Source: Alphaproteobacteria bacterium (GTDB lineage Bacteria; Pseudomonadota; Alphaproteobacteria; JAAXGF01). Taken from it: DNA of 64,000 nt. The DNA lies in assembly GCA_963555825.3 (NCBI GenBank), contig CAUVXB020000001.1, positions 96,001 to 160,000 of the forward strand. The letters run 5' to 3'. Position numbers and translations under genes: made by a program. Shown in pieces: positions 9,706 through 19,447 of this stretch (positions within the stretch are counted from its first letter, which is position 1; every line of letters starts with the position of its first letter). The notes under the pieces are model-generated. The model ran no database searches. It was not told the DNA's origin and worked only from the letters and a program-made list of their open reading frames with translations.

Positions 9706-10223
9706 CCGGCGGCGTCATCCTGCCCTATCAGGGGCGCACACCGCGCATCGCCGACGACGTCTTCGTCGCGCATGGCGCGGTGATCGTCGGCGACGTCGAG
9801 ATCGGCCCGCAGTCGAGCGTCTGGTTCAACTGCGTGCTGCGCGGCGACCTCAACGCCATCCGCGTCGGCGCGCGTAGCAACATCCAGGACGGCACCGTCG
9901 TCCACATCGACAGCCGGGAATTCTCGACCACGATCGGCGACGACGTGACGATCGGTCACATGGCGCTGATCCATGCCTGTACGCTCGAGGACCGCTGTTT
10001 CGTCGGCATGGGCGCGACGGTGATGGATGGCGCGGTCGTCGAGACCGGCGCAATGGTCGCCGCCGGCGCGCTGGTCACGCCGGGCAAGCGCGTGCCCTCC
10101 GGTGATTTGTGGGGCGGCCGCCCGGCGCGCCGCATGCGCGCGCTCACCGACGAGGACACCAGCCTCTTCGCCGAGATCGTCGACGGATACGTCCGCCTCG
10201 CCGCGAACTACGCTAGAGAATAA
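9702..10223 (+). CDS. Gamma carbonic anhydrase family protein (YrdA-like)
   Basis: Hexapeptide repeats; VLRGD, SNIQDG, TIGH, IHAC. Confidence 0.92.
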   Translation: MTGGVILPYQGRTPRIADDVFVAHGAVIVGDVEIGPQSSVWFNCVLRGDLNAIRVGARSNIQDGTVVHIDSREFSTTIGDDVTIGHMALIHACTLEDRCFVGMGATVMDGAVVETGAMVAAGALVTPGKRVPSGDLWGGRPARRMRALTDEDTSLFAEIVDGYVRLAANYARE

Positions 10224-10339
10224 TCCGATCGATTGGAATCGGTCGGATTATGCCAGCCTGCGACCGCAGGCCGCCGCTTATGCGGCGAAAGCTTGCGCGG
10301 CGATTGAGCGCAGGCCATCTTTACCCAGTAAAGATGGCC
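10220..10339 (+). repeat. Four-hairpin intergenic repeat, family A, copy 1
   Basis: Shares core GCCAGCCYGCGACCGCRGGCCGCCG...GCGATTGARCGCAG and terminal hairpins with 16888-17013, 33480-33601, 44651-44829. Confidence 0.85.
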
Positions 10340-10456
10340 GGAAAAAATGGGTTAGGGGGTTAACCCCTAACCGCCCGCCCCAGGGGAGAGGCGGCCTTCA
10401 CGTTCCCGGGCGCTCACCCTTGATGCGACACCCATCGCAATTTTCGAGGCGGATTC

Positions 10457-10726
10457 ATGGAACAGGAAAAACCGCGGCCGGGATGGGTGCGGACATTCTT
10501 GGCGCTCGTCTTGCTGGTCATCGGGGTCGGTATATGGACTTCCGTTGTGACGGCTATGGGCGATCCTCCTTTATTGGGCGAGGTCGGCACACTGGCTATT
10601 TTTGCTGTAGTTTTCGTCGGATTTTTCCGTTCAAAATCATCTCCCGCGGCAAAAACCGACCCAACACCGTCTCGCCCCAACAACCCGACGGTTGTGCGAA
10701 AAACTCTGAGTTGGTGGAAAAAATGA
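10457..10726 (+). CDS. Hypothetical two-TM small membrane protein
   Basis: Two hydrophobic segments, GAGGCGGA upstream, lower GC than flanks. Confidence 0.6.
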   Translation: MEQEKPRPGWVRTFLALVLLVIGVGIWTSVVTAMGDPPLLGEVGTLAIFAVVFVGFFRSKSSPAAKTDPTPSRPNNPTVVRKTLSWWKK

Positions 10727-11066
10727 TGCGCGCCGGATTGTCCAAACCCTCGATTTCGCATGTTTTCCATTGGCGCTCGCGGCTGACTCAGGCACCGGCC
10801 GCGTGTACTCGGCGAATCGACGCGGCCATTGTGATATACTCAAGCGATGGAACGCTTCGCCCAAATTCCGAAGCCTCCGCCGGACCCGCCGCCCGAGCCG
10901 GTGCGCAAGCCCAACGGCGACCCTCCGGACGAGCCCGGCGAGTACCCACCAGTCCCACCGATGGAACCACCGCCCCCTGTTCCGCCGCCGCCGCCTTTTT
11001 GAGCGCGAGGGCAATCGACGACATCGACATATACCGCTCTGCCGCAGCGTCCATAGATTAGCGCGG

Positions 11067-11134
11067 CGACGAGGACGCCACCCTCTTCGCCGAGGTCGTC
11101 GACGGCTACGTCCGCCTCGCCGCGAACGATGCTA
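11067..11134 (+). repeat. Second copy of the gamma-CA 3' end (68 bp, 62/68 identical to 10148-10215)
   Basis: Manual alignment gives 6 mismatches and no indels. Confidence 0.9.
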
Positions 11135-13220
11135 ACCGACTGCCCAGGGGAACGGCGGCTCGAACGACGCGGGCACCTGCTCGATACGGAACGGCTGGTC
11201 GGCGACGTCCGGCCCGTCGAGCGCGCGGGCGGCTTCGTGGCCACCGAACACCGCCTCCGATAGCAGTGCCGGCGCCAGGCAATCGCCGACCGCCCTGACC
11301 GATTTGATGCCGGCCTTCGCATTCGCGTCCTCGTCGCCGACGAGGTCGTGGTAGAGCGTTTCGTTGGGACTGCGCATGGTGACCAGGATGACGCTCGAGG
11401 CATTCAGGAAACGGGCCGGTTCACCGTAGACTCCAGTCACCTCGACCTCGCTCTCGGAGATCGCCGCGAGATTGTGGTTGGCGAGAACGGCGACGCCCGA
11501 CGCGACCAGCCGCCGCTGGATCTCTGCCAGGTCCAGGGTGTAGAGCGTCCAGGGCGAGACCTGGGCGAGTGGCGTGACGATGGTGACGTCATGGCCTTCG
11601 CCGGCCAGCTTCTCGGCCAGGCAGCCGCCCATGACATAGGTATCGTCATCGAAGATCACGACCGGCGAACGGACCTCGGCGCCGGCCATGACATCGTCGG
11701 GTGTCAGCACGTGGTCCTGGGCATGGCCCTGGACCGGACGGAAATTATGCGCACCGACTCCGTCGCGCCGCCAGTGAGCGCCGGTCGCGACGATGACGTG
11801 CTCGAAGCCGAACTCGCGCACGTGATCGACGGTCAGCTCGCTTTCGCGGTAGACCGTGACGTTCGGCATCTTGTTGATTTGGCCGACGCGCCAGTCGCGC
11901 ACTCTGATCCATTCGGCGAGGCCGGGTAGGCGTGCAACGGCGATCAGGTGGCCGCCCAGCTCGCGCCCGGCTTCGGCCAGAGCGACCTCGTAGCCGCGTT
12001 GGCCGGCCGCGCGCGCCGCCTCGAGACCCGCCGGGCCGCTGCCGACGACCAGCACCCTGTCGCCGGAGCCCTTCTCGGGCACCGTCTCGGGGTGCCAGCC
12101 GCGGCGCCATTCCTCGGTCATCGTCGGGTTCTGAGTGCAGCGGATCGGCACGGTCAGCGAATTCGAGGCGAGGCAGATGTTGCAGCCGATGCATTCGCGG
12201 ATGTCCTCGGGTCGCCCTTCCTCGATCTTGCGCGGCAGGAACGGGTCGGCGATCGAGGGCCGCGCCGCGCCGATCAGGTCCAGCACGCCGCGCTTGATCA
12301 TCGAGACCATCGTGTCCGGGCTGGTGAAGCGACCGACCCCGACGACCGGCTTCGTGGTAAGCGACTTGACGAAGGCGATGCCGGGCTCTTCCCAGCCCTC
12401 CTTACGAAAGCGCGAGCCCAGCATGTCGTCGAAGCCGCCGACGTTGACGTCCCAGAGATCGGGCATCTCGGCCAGCATCTCGACCACGGCGCGGCCGTCT
12501 TCGGCGGTGATCGCATCGGGGCCGTATTGCTCGTCGACACAAAACCGGATCGCCACGGCGCAGGCGCCGTCGGCCTCCTCGCGGGTTTCCTCCAACACCT
12601 CGCGGAGCAGGCGGGCGCGGTTTTCGATGCTGCCACCATATTCGTCGCTGCGCTGGTTGATGCGCGGCGACAGGAAGTCGGTGAACACGGTCAGGCTATG
12701 GCCGACGTAGACATAGACGATGTCGAAGCCGGCCTCGACGGCGCGCCGCACGCCGCGACGATGCCAACGGCGCAAGGCGCGAATGTCGCTCTTGTCCATG
12801 GCGCGGCCCTGCGCCGGAAAGTCGCGCGGCTGCATGGGTCGCGGCGACGGTCCCATGGTCGGAATGCGCGTGTACGTGTTGTGGCCATACAGGCCGGCGT
12901 GCGCCAGCTCACAGCCGGCCAGCGCGCCGTGGCGATGTACCGCCTCGGTCATCAGCGCGTTGGTGCGCACGTCCTCGTCGGTCCACAGGCGCGCCGAGGC
13001 GGTCGGCGTCGTGTCGGCCGAGGGGTGGGACCGTGCACCACTCGGTGCACACCACGGCCCAGCCGCCTTCGGCCTTGATGCCGCGCATGGCCGCCTGGGT
13101 ATGCGGATACCGGTAGCCCGAGCCGTTGCAGTGGGGCACCTGGTAGAAGCGGTTCCTCGCCGTGACGGGACCGATCTTGACCGGTTCGAAGAGAATGTCG
13201 AAACGCGGATCCCTGGTCAT
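11132..13220 (-). pseudogene. Trimethylamine/dimethylamine/histamine dehydrogenase-like flavoenzyme with +1 frameshift near 13038
   Basis: NRFYQVPHCNG (FMN-linking Cys) in one frame; RECIGCNIC Fe-S motif and GSGPAG in another; deleting one C restores TVHPSADTTPTASARLW. Confidence 0.8.
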
Positions 13221-13316
13221 TGCCTTCTCCCTTCCCGGTCGTGCGCGCGCCTGTGACGGGTCGTGGGCACGATGATGGCGGTTGCGCCGCGAGCGTAGCA
13301 CAGCATCGCTCTGAAC

Positions 13317-13414
13317 TGTGACGACGGTCACAGTCTGGCCCTAAAATCGTCGATTTTGTGATGCATATCACAAACTTAAGGCTTGGAATCGCCCGGTTTG
13401 TGATGGCCGTCATA
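13317..13414. promoter_or_regulatory. Three CRP-family boxes (TGTGA-N6-TCACA)
   Basis: TGTGAcgacggTCACA at 13317, TGTGAtgcataTCACA at 13357, TGTGAtggccgTCATA at 13399. Confidence 0.7.
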
Positions 13415-13505
13415 GCGAATAATCGCGGAGTCAGGGATGGTGGTATCAGAGATTGAGGGCGGCCGGAGACAACGGCCCCCGAACGCGAAAAGGGAAGGTC
13501 GGCAG

Positions 13506-14000
13506 ATGTTTCGTCAGGTTCTGGTTCTTACGGCGGTTTTCGCAGGTGTCTGGGCGCTCGGCAGCGACGAGCCCGCAAGCGCCGATGTCGCGCATGCCGC
13601 CACCGCGACCCCCGCCGAGACGATTGCGGCGCAGCCGGCCGATCTTCCGAAGGTTCCCGTCCACATCGGTTATCACCGCGGCTACGACCGCGTCGTGTTC
13701 GTCTGGCCGTCGCCGGTCGACTACAGCGTGACGCGCAAGGGCGATTGGGTCGAGTTGCGCTTCACCAGCGCCGCCGACGTCGATCTTGCCGATTTGAACG
13801 CACATTTCTCGAACCATGTTGGCGCGGGCCAAGTGACGGTCGACGGCAAGAAGACCCGTGTGAGCCTTGCCATCGACCCGTCGCTGCGCCTGCGCCACTT
13901 CCGCTCGGGCACCAAGGTGGTGTTCGACATCTTGGTGCCGACCGCGCCGCGCACCCCGTCGGTCCAGCTCGCCGACGCCGGCGCGCCGGCGACCGACTGA
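13506..14000 (+). CDS. Exported hypothetical protein (AMIN-like beta domain)
   Basis: Signal peptide; HRGYDRVVFVW...LRHFRSGTKVVFDI. Confidence 0.65.
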   Translation: MFRQVLVLTAVFAGVWALGSDEPASADVAHAATATPAETIAAQPADLPKVPVHIGYHRGYDRVVFVWPSPVDYSVTRKGDWVELRFTSAADVDLADLNAHFSNHVGAGQVTVDGKKTRVSLAIDPSLRLRHFRSGTKVVFDILVPTAPRTPSVQLADAGAPATD

Positions 14001-14038
14001 TGCAGCGAGCCATGTCAGCCGAGAAACGGAGAACAGTC

Positions 14039-14224
14039 ATGCATGCCGACCTCACGAGCCACGACGACGCGGCCGACCACGTCCACGAATTCGCCGCCAG
14101 CCTGATCCAGACGCTGGGCCGCGAGGAAGCGGTCTGGATCTGCCGGTCGAACAGCTGGGACGGCGTGCTCAGGGTCATCGAGTCGCCCGTGGACTACGGC
14201 CCGGCAACGAAGGTCACACATTGA
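14039..14224 (+). CDS. Small hypothetical protein (61 aa)
   Basis: GGAGA RBS; MHADLTSH...LIQTLGREEAVWICRSNSWDGVLRVI; host-like codon use. Confidence 0.55.
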   Translation: MHADLTSHDDAADHVHEFAASLIQTLGREEAVWICRSNSWDGVLRVIESPVDYGPATKVTH

Positions 14225-14423
14225 TGCGCTTCATGATTTTGCCATCCGGCCGTTCCCCCGACGGCCGGCCGCGCGGACGGTCACACACCCCCGACTGATC
14301 CGCGCATCGCTCAACGTTCCGGCGTGATGGACCGCTTGAGATTCTCCCCTAGTATCACGCGATTTGAGTAGCTTCGGCGGCCGTCACCCCCGGCCGCCGA
14401 AGGCTTTTCTGGGGCGGGACAAC

Positions 14424-15350
14424 TCAGACGGGCGTGACCCGGAAACCGACCCGTGGGAAGTGGACGCAGACCTCGCCGACGCGGGCGTCGTTGCGCAGGA
14501 TCGAGATGGTCTCGCGGTCGACGCGGTGGACCGTGCCGGTCACCAGCGGATCGCCGCCGTCGACGTCGGGCACCACCGAGACCGCCATGCCGGGCGCCAG
14601 GCCCTGCGGGTCGTCGGCGTCGGCGCCTTCGGGCGTTTCGGTCGTCGCGGCGCGGGCGATGTCGAGTGCCTCGCCCGCCGTCATCTCGGACGGGCTGCCG
14701 TGGCCGATCGCGGCGACGCGCCGCTCCCACGCCTCCAACGCCGGGAACTGGCTCAACAGGCTGGGGCCGCCGTCCCAGCGACCGCGGATGAACCAGACCA
14801 GGTAATACGCCAGCGCGTCGGGCAGGCCGGGTTGATCGCCCAGGACAAAGCGCCGGCCGGTGGCGAGGCGATCGTCGATCCAGCCGAGCTGGGTGCGCAG
14901 CTGAGCGAGGATATGCGGCAGGTCGGCCTGGACGGCGGCGAAATCGGCGTCGGGGCCAAGATAGAGCCGGCCGCGGTCCTTGGCGAAGGCCTCGGGCAGC
15001 TGGTCGGCGGCGGCGCCGAGGACGAGCTTGACGGTGGTGTCGAACAGCGCGCCGTCGGTCCAGCGGCTGACGCCCCAAGCCATGCCCGCGGCATTGCCCG
15101 GGAAGAAGCTCGGCTCGGGGCAGCGCCGCTCGAGCTCGCGCAGGATGCATTGGCTGTCGCAATAGACGTCGGCGCCGGCCTGCAGCACCGGCGTTCGCCG
15201 GTAGCCGCCCGTCAGCGGCATCAATTCGGGCTTCGGTGGCAGGCGCGGGATCTCGACCGAACGCCAGGCGATCCGCTTGATGCCGAGCCCGACGCGCACC
15301 TTCTCCGATACCGGCGACTGCGGGTAGTGGTGCAGGATGATCTCGGTCAT
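14424..15350 (-). CDS. Glutathione S-transferase family protein
   Basis: LHHYPQSPVSEKVR, LTGGYRRTPVLQ, YCDSQCI, VHFPRVGF. Confidence 0.9.
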   Translation of the reverse strand: MTEIILHHYPQSPVSEKVRVGLGIKRIAWRSVEIPRLPPKPELMPLTGGYRRTPVLQAGADVYCDSQCILRELERRCPEPSFFPGNAAGMAWGVSRWTDGALFDTTVKLVLGAAADQLPEAFAKDRGRLYLGPDADFAAVQADLPHILAQLRTQLGWIDDRLATGRRFVLGDQPGLPDALAYYLVWFIRGRWDGGPSLLSQFPALEAWERRVAAIGHGSPSEMTAGEALDIARAATTETPEGADADDPQGLAPGMAVSVVPDVDGGDPLVTGTVHRVDRETISILRNDARVGEVCVHFPRVGFRVTPV

Positions 15351-15362
15351 GGCGGCGCTCGA

Positions 15363-16388
15363 CTAATAGCCGCGCGCGGCGTCGACTTTGTTGAGCAGCG
15401 GCTCGCCGGCCAACAATCGCCGCAGGTTCTCGAACAGCACGTCGAGCGTATAGGGGATGTAGCGATCGGTGTCGTCCGACGACATATGCGGCGTGATCAC
15501 CAGGTTGGGCACATCCCACATCGCTGAATCGGCGGGCAGGGGCTCGGGATCGGTGACGTCGAGGATGGCGCCGTCGATCTTCTTCCCGGTCAGCGCCTCG
15601 ACCAGCGCGTCGTTGTCGATCACCGCGCCGCGCCCCATGCTGATCAGCCCGGCGGTCGGCCTCATCAGCGCGAATTCAGCACGCCCCATCATGCCGCGCG
15701 TCTCGGCCGTCAGCGGCGCCGCGCAGAGCACGAAGTCGGCGCGCGGCAGCATCTCGTGCAGCCGGTCGGGTGTCGCCATCTCGTCGACCGCCTGGTGCGG
15801 CGCGCCGCTCGGGCGCACGCCGACGACATGCATGCCGAGCCGCTTGGCGGCGGCCGCGCCGGCGCCGCCCATGTTGCCGACGCCGACCACCAAGAGCGTC
15901 TTGCCGCCGACGTGGGTGGCATAGCTCTCGTCCCAGTCGTGCGCCTTCTGGCAGGTGATGAAATGCGGCAAGCGGTTGTTCAGCATGAGGATCGCCATGG
16001 CCATGAACTCACCCGCCTTCTCGGCGTGTGCGCCCGAGTTGTTGGTCAGCACGGCGCCGGCGGGCAGCCAGTCGAGCGGCATGATCTTCTCGGCGCCGGC
16101 GCCGGTCTGAAAGCAGAACTTGAGGCGCGGCGCGACCTCGGCCAGGCGATAGAGATTGGGACGCCATTCGGCCAGAACGGGGGTCGGCAGGACGATCACA
16201 TCGGCCGTCGGAACCGCGTCGTCGAAGCCTTCGAGGTCGTAACTGATCGTCGTCGTTGCGATGCGCTCGGCTACCTCGGGGTGGCGCTCGAGCGCACCGT
16301 CCATGCGCTCGCGCGTGACATGGTAGACGAGGTCCTGCGCGATGCGATTTTCGACATGGATGTGAAGGCCTTGCGATTGATCGGACAC
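15363..16388 (-). CDS. D-2-hydroxyacid dehydrogenase family protein
   Basis: VGVGNMG, PLTAETRG, GRGAVID, LDVTDPEPLP, ITPHMS. Confidence 0.9.
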   Translation of the reverse strand: MSDQSQGLHIHVENRIAQDLVYHVTRERMDGALERHPEVAERIATTTISYDLEGFDDAVPTADVIVLPTPVLAEWRPNLYRLAEVAPRLKFCFQTGAGAEKIMPLDWLPAGAVLTNNSGAHAEKAGEFMAMAILMLNNRLPHFITCQKAHDWDESYATHVGGKTLLVVGVGNMGGAGAAAAKRLGMHVVGVRPSGAPHQAVDEMATPDRLHEMLPRADFVLCAAPLTAETRGMMGRAEFALMRPTAGLISMGRGAVIDNDALVEALTGKKIDGAILDVTDPEPLPADSAMWDVPNLVITPHMSSDDTDRYIPYTLDVLFENLRRLLAGEPLLNKVDAARGY

Positions 16389-16529
16389 GTTTGGCGGTCT
16401 CCATATGGCTGGTTTTCGAGGCGCCGGGAGTGTGTCACGGGGCCGGGGCCGTGAAAAGGCGGTTTTGTCCGACGCGCGCGGCGACTACACTGCGCGGCCC
16501 AATTGAGCATTTGCCCGGAGGACAATCCC

Positions 16530-16877
16530 ATGAGCATCACCCGCCACGGCGTCGGCGCCCGCATGAGTCAGGCCGTCGTTCACGCCGGCACCGCCTATCT
16601 CGCCGGCCAGGTCGCCGACGACACCTCAGTCGGCGTCGCCGGCCAGACCGAACAGATCCTCGCCAAGATCGATGCACAATTGGCCGCCGCCGGCACCGAC
16701 AAGTCGAAGCTGTTGTCGGCCCAGCTCTGGATCACCGACATGGCGAGCTTCAACGAGATGAACGCGGTGTGGGATGCCTGGGTGGCGCCCGGCGAGACAC
16801 CGGCGCGCGCCTGCGTCGAGGCGCCGCTCGCCGCGCCCCAGTACCGGGTCGAAATCATGGTGACCGCGGCGGTCTAG
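16530..16877 (+). CDS. RidA/YoaB-family protein
   Basis: RMSQAVVH, YLAGQV, FNEMNAVWDAWV, PARACVEA, VEIMVTAA. Confidence 0.9.
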   Translation: MSITRHGVGARMSQAVVHAGTAYLAGQVADDTSVGVAGQTEQILAKIDAQLAAAGTDKSKLLSAQLWITDMASFNEMNAVWDAWVAPGETPARACVEAPLAAPQYRVEIMVTAAV

Positions 16878-16887
16878 TTCATTGTGC

Positions 16888-17013
16888 GGTCATCTTTACG
16901 CGTTGCGTAAAGATGACCTGCGCTCAATCGCCGCGCATGCTTCCGCCGAACGGTCGGCGGCCCGCGGTCGCGGGCTGGCATACTCCGATCGATAACAACC
17001 GATCGGAGTATGC
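16888..17013 (-). repeat. Four-hairpin intergenic repeat, family A, copy 2
   Basis: GGTCATCTTTACGC/GCGTAAAGATGACC and GCATACTCCGATCG/CGATCGGAGTATGC stems around the shared core; lies between convergent genes. Confidence 0.85.
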
Positions 17014-17014
17014 T

Positions 17015-17698
17015 CTATCTCAGCGCGTCGATCATCGCCTGGGCGGTGGCGACGGTGCCGAAGACGCCGTCGGCGCCCGCGATCATCGCCATCGCACGTT
17101 CGTGGGACGCCGCGGTGACCGCGCCGCAGCAGTCTTCGAGCACCACGCAGTCGTAGCCTCGGTCGAGCGCCTCGCGCAGGTTCGACTGGATGCAGCAGTT
17201 GGTCGTCACGCCGGTCAGCACCAGATTCTCGATGCCGCGCGCCTTGAGGTACGTGTCGATGCCGGTGGTGCCGAAGGCGCCATAGCCGTTCTTGTCGAAG
17301 ACCGCCTCTCCGTCGCGCGGCGCGAGCTCGGCGATGATGTCCCAGCACGCCTCGCCGGCGATCAGGCAGCGCCCCAACGGACCTTCGTCGCCGACCACGA
17401 CGGCATCGCCGGCCGCGCCGCGAAAGCGGCGGTGTGGCTGGACGTCGGACATGTCGGGCCGGAAGGTCTCGCGCGTGTGAACGACGGTGAAGCCGGCGTC
17501 GCGCATCGCGGCGAGCACGCGGCGGATCGGCTCGATCGGCGCGCGCAAGGGCGCCAGATCGAGGCCCATGCGGTCGATGTAGCCGCCCGCGCCGCAGAAG
17601 TCGGTTTGCATGTCGATGACGGCGAGCGCGGTGTTGCCGGGTTCGAGCCGGCCGCTCAGGGGGAACGGGTAGGGGGTCGACGCGACGGTCCTGGTCAT
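17015..17698 (-). CDS. Isochorismatase-family cysteine hydrolase (biuret hydrolase-like)
   Basis: IDMQTDFC, HTRE, DKNGYGAF, GVTTNCC (D-K-C triad). Confidence 0.85.
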   Translation of the reverse strand: MTRTVASTPYPFPLSGRLEPGNTALAVIDMQTDFCGAGGYIDRMGLDLAPLRAPIEPIRRVLAAMRDAGFTVVHTRETFRPDMSDVQPHRRFRGAAGDAVVVGDEGPLGRCLIAGEACWDIIAELAPRDGEAVFDKNGYGAFGTTGIDTYLKARGIENLVLTGVTTNCCIQSNLREALDRGYDCVVLEDCCGAVTAASHERAMAMIAGADGVFGTVATAQAMIDALR

Positions 17699-17767
17699 CG
17701 GCTCCTCACGGCACGGTCGGCGGGCGTCCCGGCGCATGCAGGCGCCGGTCCTTCACGAGGATGATAA

Positions 17768-18029
17768 TACCAAGGACCAGTGATAGAGACCCATAGAGAT
17801 CGCGTCCGCTTTTCGCCGGTGAGGTAAGGGAGCCGCGGGCGATGCAGCGCATCGGCTAGGCAACCTGGCGCCCGCCGGCGATAAGCGGACGCGACCCGAA
17901 GGGCGGCTTGCCGAGGCTCTCGGACGTCGTTGCGCCCGCCTCGCGATGCGCTGCATCGCCGCGACGGACGCGCCTAGCCGAAAACCACGGCAAGCCGTCT
18001 CTAGGGGCCTCTATCACTGGTCCTTGGTA
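17768..18029. mobile_element. MITE family B, copy 1 (262 bp, 32-bp TIRs, TAA duplication)
   Basis: TAA|TACCAAGGACCAGTGATAGAG...CTCTATCACTGGTCCTTGGTA|TAA; homologous to 62746-63025. Confidence 0.85.
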
Positions 18030-18075
18030 TAAAGCAGAATGAGGGTCGACGTGCCGCGTTACGCCTTTGCCGGCG

Positions 18076-18417
18076 TCACGCCATCGCCGGGTTGCAGCCG
18101 TACGGTTCGAACGCGATTTTATGGAGGCCGAGCAGGTCCCTGACCTCGGCGCGCCGGTCGTAGACGTCGGGGTTCAGCCGGACGTGAACATGCGTCGCGC
18201 CGCGCTGCTGAATCATGTAGAACTTGTAATTGTCGGCGTCGACATGCTTGCCCAGATCACCCTCGCCGACGAAGATGGGAACCCAGCGCCGGCTGCTGTC
18301 GAGGCGGGCGAATACAAAGTTTCCCTTCTGATTGGATTCGAACGAAATCGGCAGTTCGTAGACCTGGTAGGTATAGGTCTTTCTCGACGTTCCGATCCAA
18401 TTGCTCGTCATTGCCAT
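18076..18417 (-). CDS. Hypothetical protein
   Basis: 113-aa ORF with AAGGA RBS and protein-like composition; family not recognised. Confidence 0.65.
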   Translation of the reverse strand: MAMTSNWIGTSRKTYTYQVYELPISFESNQKGNFVFARLDSSRRWVPIFVGEGDLGKHVDADNYKFYMIQQRGATHVHVRLNPDVYDRRAEVRDLLGLHKIAFEPYGCNPAMA

Positions 18418-18609
18418 GGCGTATCCTTCATCCGACCGTGTGGCCCCGCGTCCCCAATCCTCGATTCTTGGTCCTTATCGATTGCCGTCGCTATTTGAGT
18501 ACCATTCGAGTGGGCCCGCCACAATCCGAGGAGATTCCCAATATAGTGTAGGGAAATCCCTAGATATCCGCGCGTTTCAGAGCCTTTTCGGCTGCATTCC
18601 GGCGTCCAA

Positions 18610-19347
18610 TCAGGGTCGCGCGGTGACACCACCATCGACGATCAACTCGGTGCCCGTGATGTAGGCTGCCCGGTCGGACAGCAGGAACAGGCAGGCGTTC
18701 GCCATGTCCTGCGTCGAGCCGACGCGGCCAAGCGGCACGTGGGCTGCCGTCGCGGCCTTCGCACCGGGGTGTTCGTCCCAGCGCGCCTGCATCGGCGAGT
18801 CGGTGCTGCCGGGCAGGATGGTATTGGAGCGGATGCCGTCGGCGCCGAACTGCACGGCGATCGACTTCGACAACGCGATCATGCCCGCCTTCGACGCCTG
18901 GTAGGCGTCTTGCGGCCTGTCGTCGCCGCGCAGCGCCTGGACCGACGAAAAATGCACCATCGCGCCGCCGCCCGCGGCGCGCATCGCCGGCACCGCGTGA
19001 CGCACCGTGTGGACCATCGATTTCAGGTTGATCGCCATGATGCGGTCCCACAGATCGAGGTCGATGTCGACCAACGATTGGTCGCGGCCGAACCACAACA
19101 CGCCGGCGGCGTTGACCAGATAGTCGAGCCGGCCGTGCGTCGCGACCGCGTCGGCCATCGCCTCGGCGACGAACGCCTCGTCGGTCAGATCGCCGGTCAG
19201 AACCAACGCGCCGTCGAGCCCTGCCGGGATGGGCTCGACGTCGACGGCCGTGACCCTGGCGCCCCGGGTCAGCAGGTCGCGCGCGATATTGCCGCCGATG
19301 CCGCCCGCCGCGCCGGTGACGAAAGCGGACTGTCCTTCGAAGCTCAT
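18610..19347 (-). CDS. SDR oxidoreductase
   Basis: TGAAGGIG, VNAAG, YQASK. Confidence 0.92.
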   Translation of the reverse strand: MSFEGQSAFVTGAAGGIGGNIARDLLTRGARVTAVDVEPIPAGLDGALVLTGDLTDEAFVAEAMADAVATHGRLDYLVNAAGVLWFGRDQSLVDIDLDLWDRIMAINLKSMVHTVRHAVPAMRAAGGGAMVHFSSVQALRGDDRPQDAYQASKAGMIALSKSIAVQFGADGIRSNTILPGSTDSPMQARWDEHPGAKAATAAHVPLGRVGSTQDMANACLFLLSDRAAYITGTELIVDGGVTARP

Positions 19348-19447
19348 GGCAATATCCCATTCGGTTGCGTGCCGATGTTGGCACGATTCGGTGCCCGATC
19401 CCAGGCTCGCCGGGTTAGACTCCGCTCCGGCAATCCGGGGAGTAATC

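Noticed and set aside
10788-11054. 88-aa minus-strand ORF inside the islet
   Set aside because: No recognisable motif or clear RBS; cannot be distinguished from overlapping alternative frames
10148-11134. The 68-bp repeat pair as a DGR template/variable repeat
   Set aside because: Only 3 of 6 mismatches are at adenines and no reverse transcriptase is present in the window
18548-18562. TAGGGAAATCCCTA palindrome as the same operator as 10350-10371
   Set aside because: Half-site spacing differs (4 vs 7 bp) and two examples are insufficient
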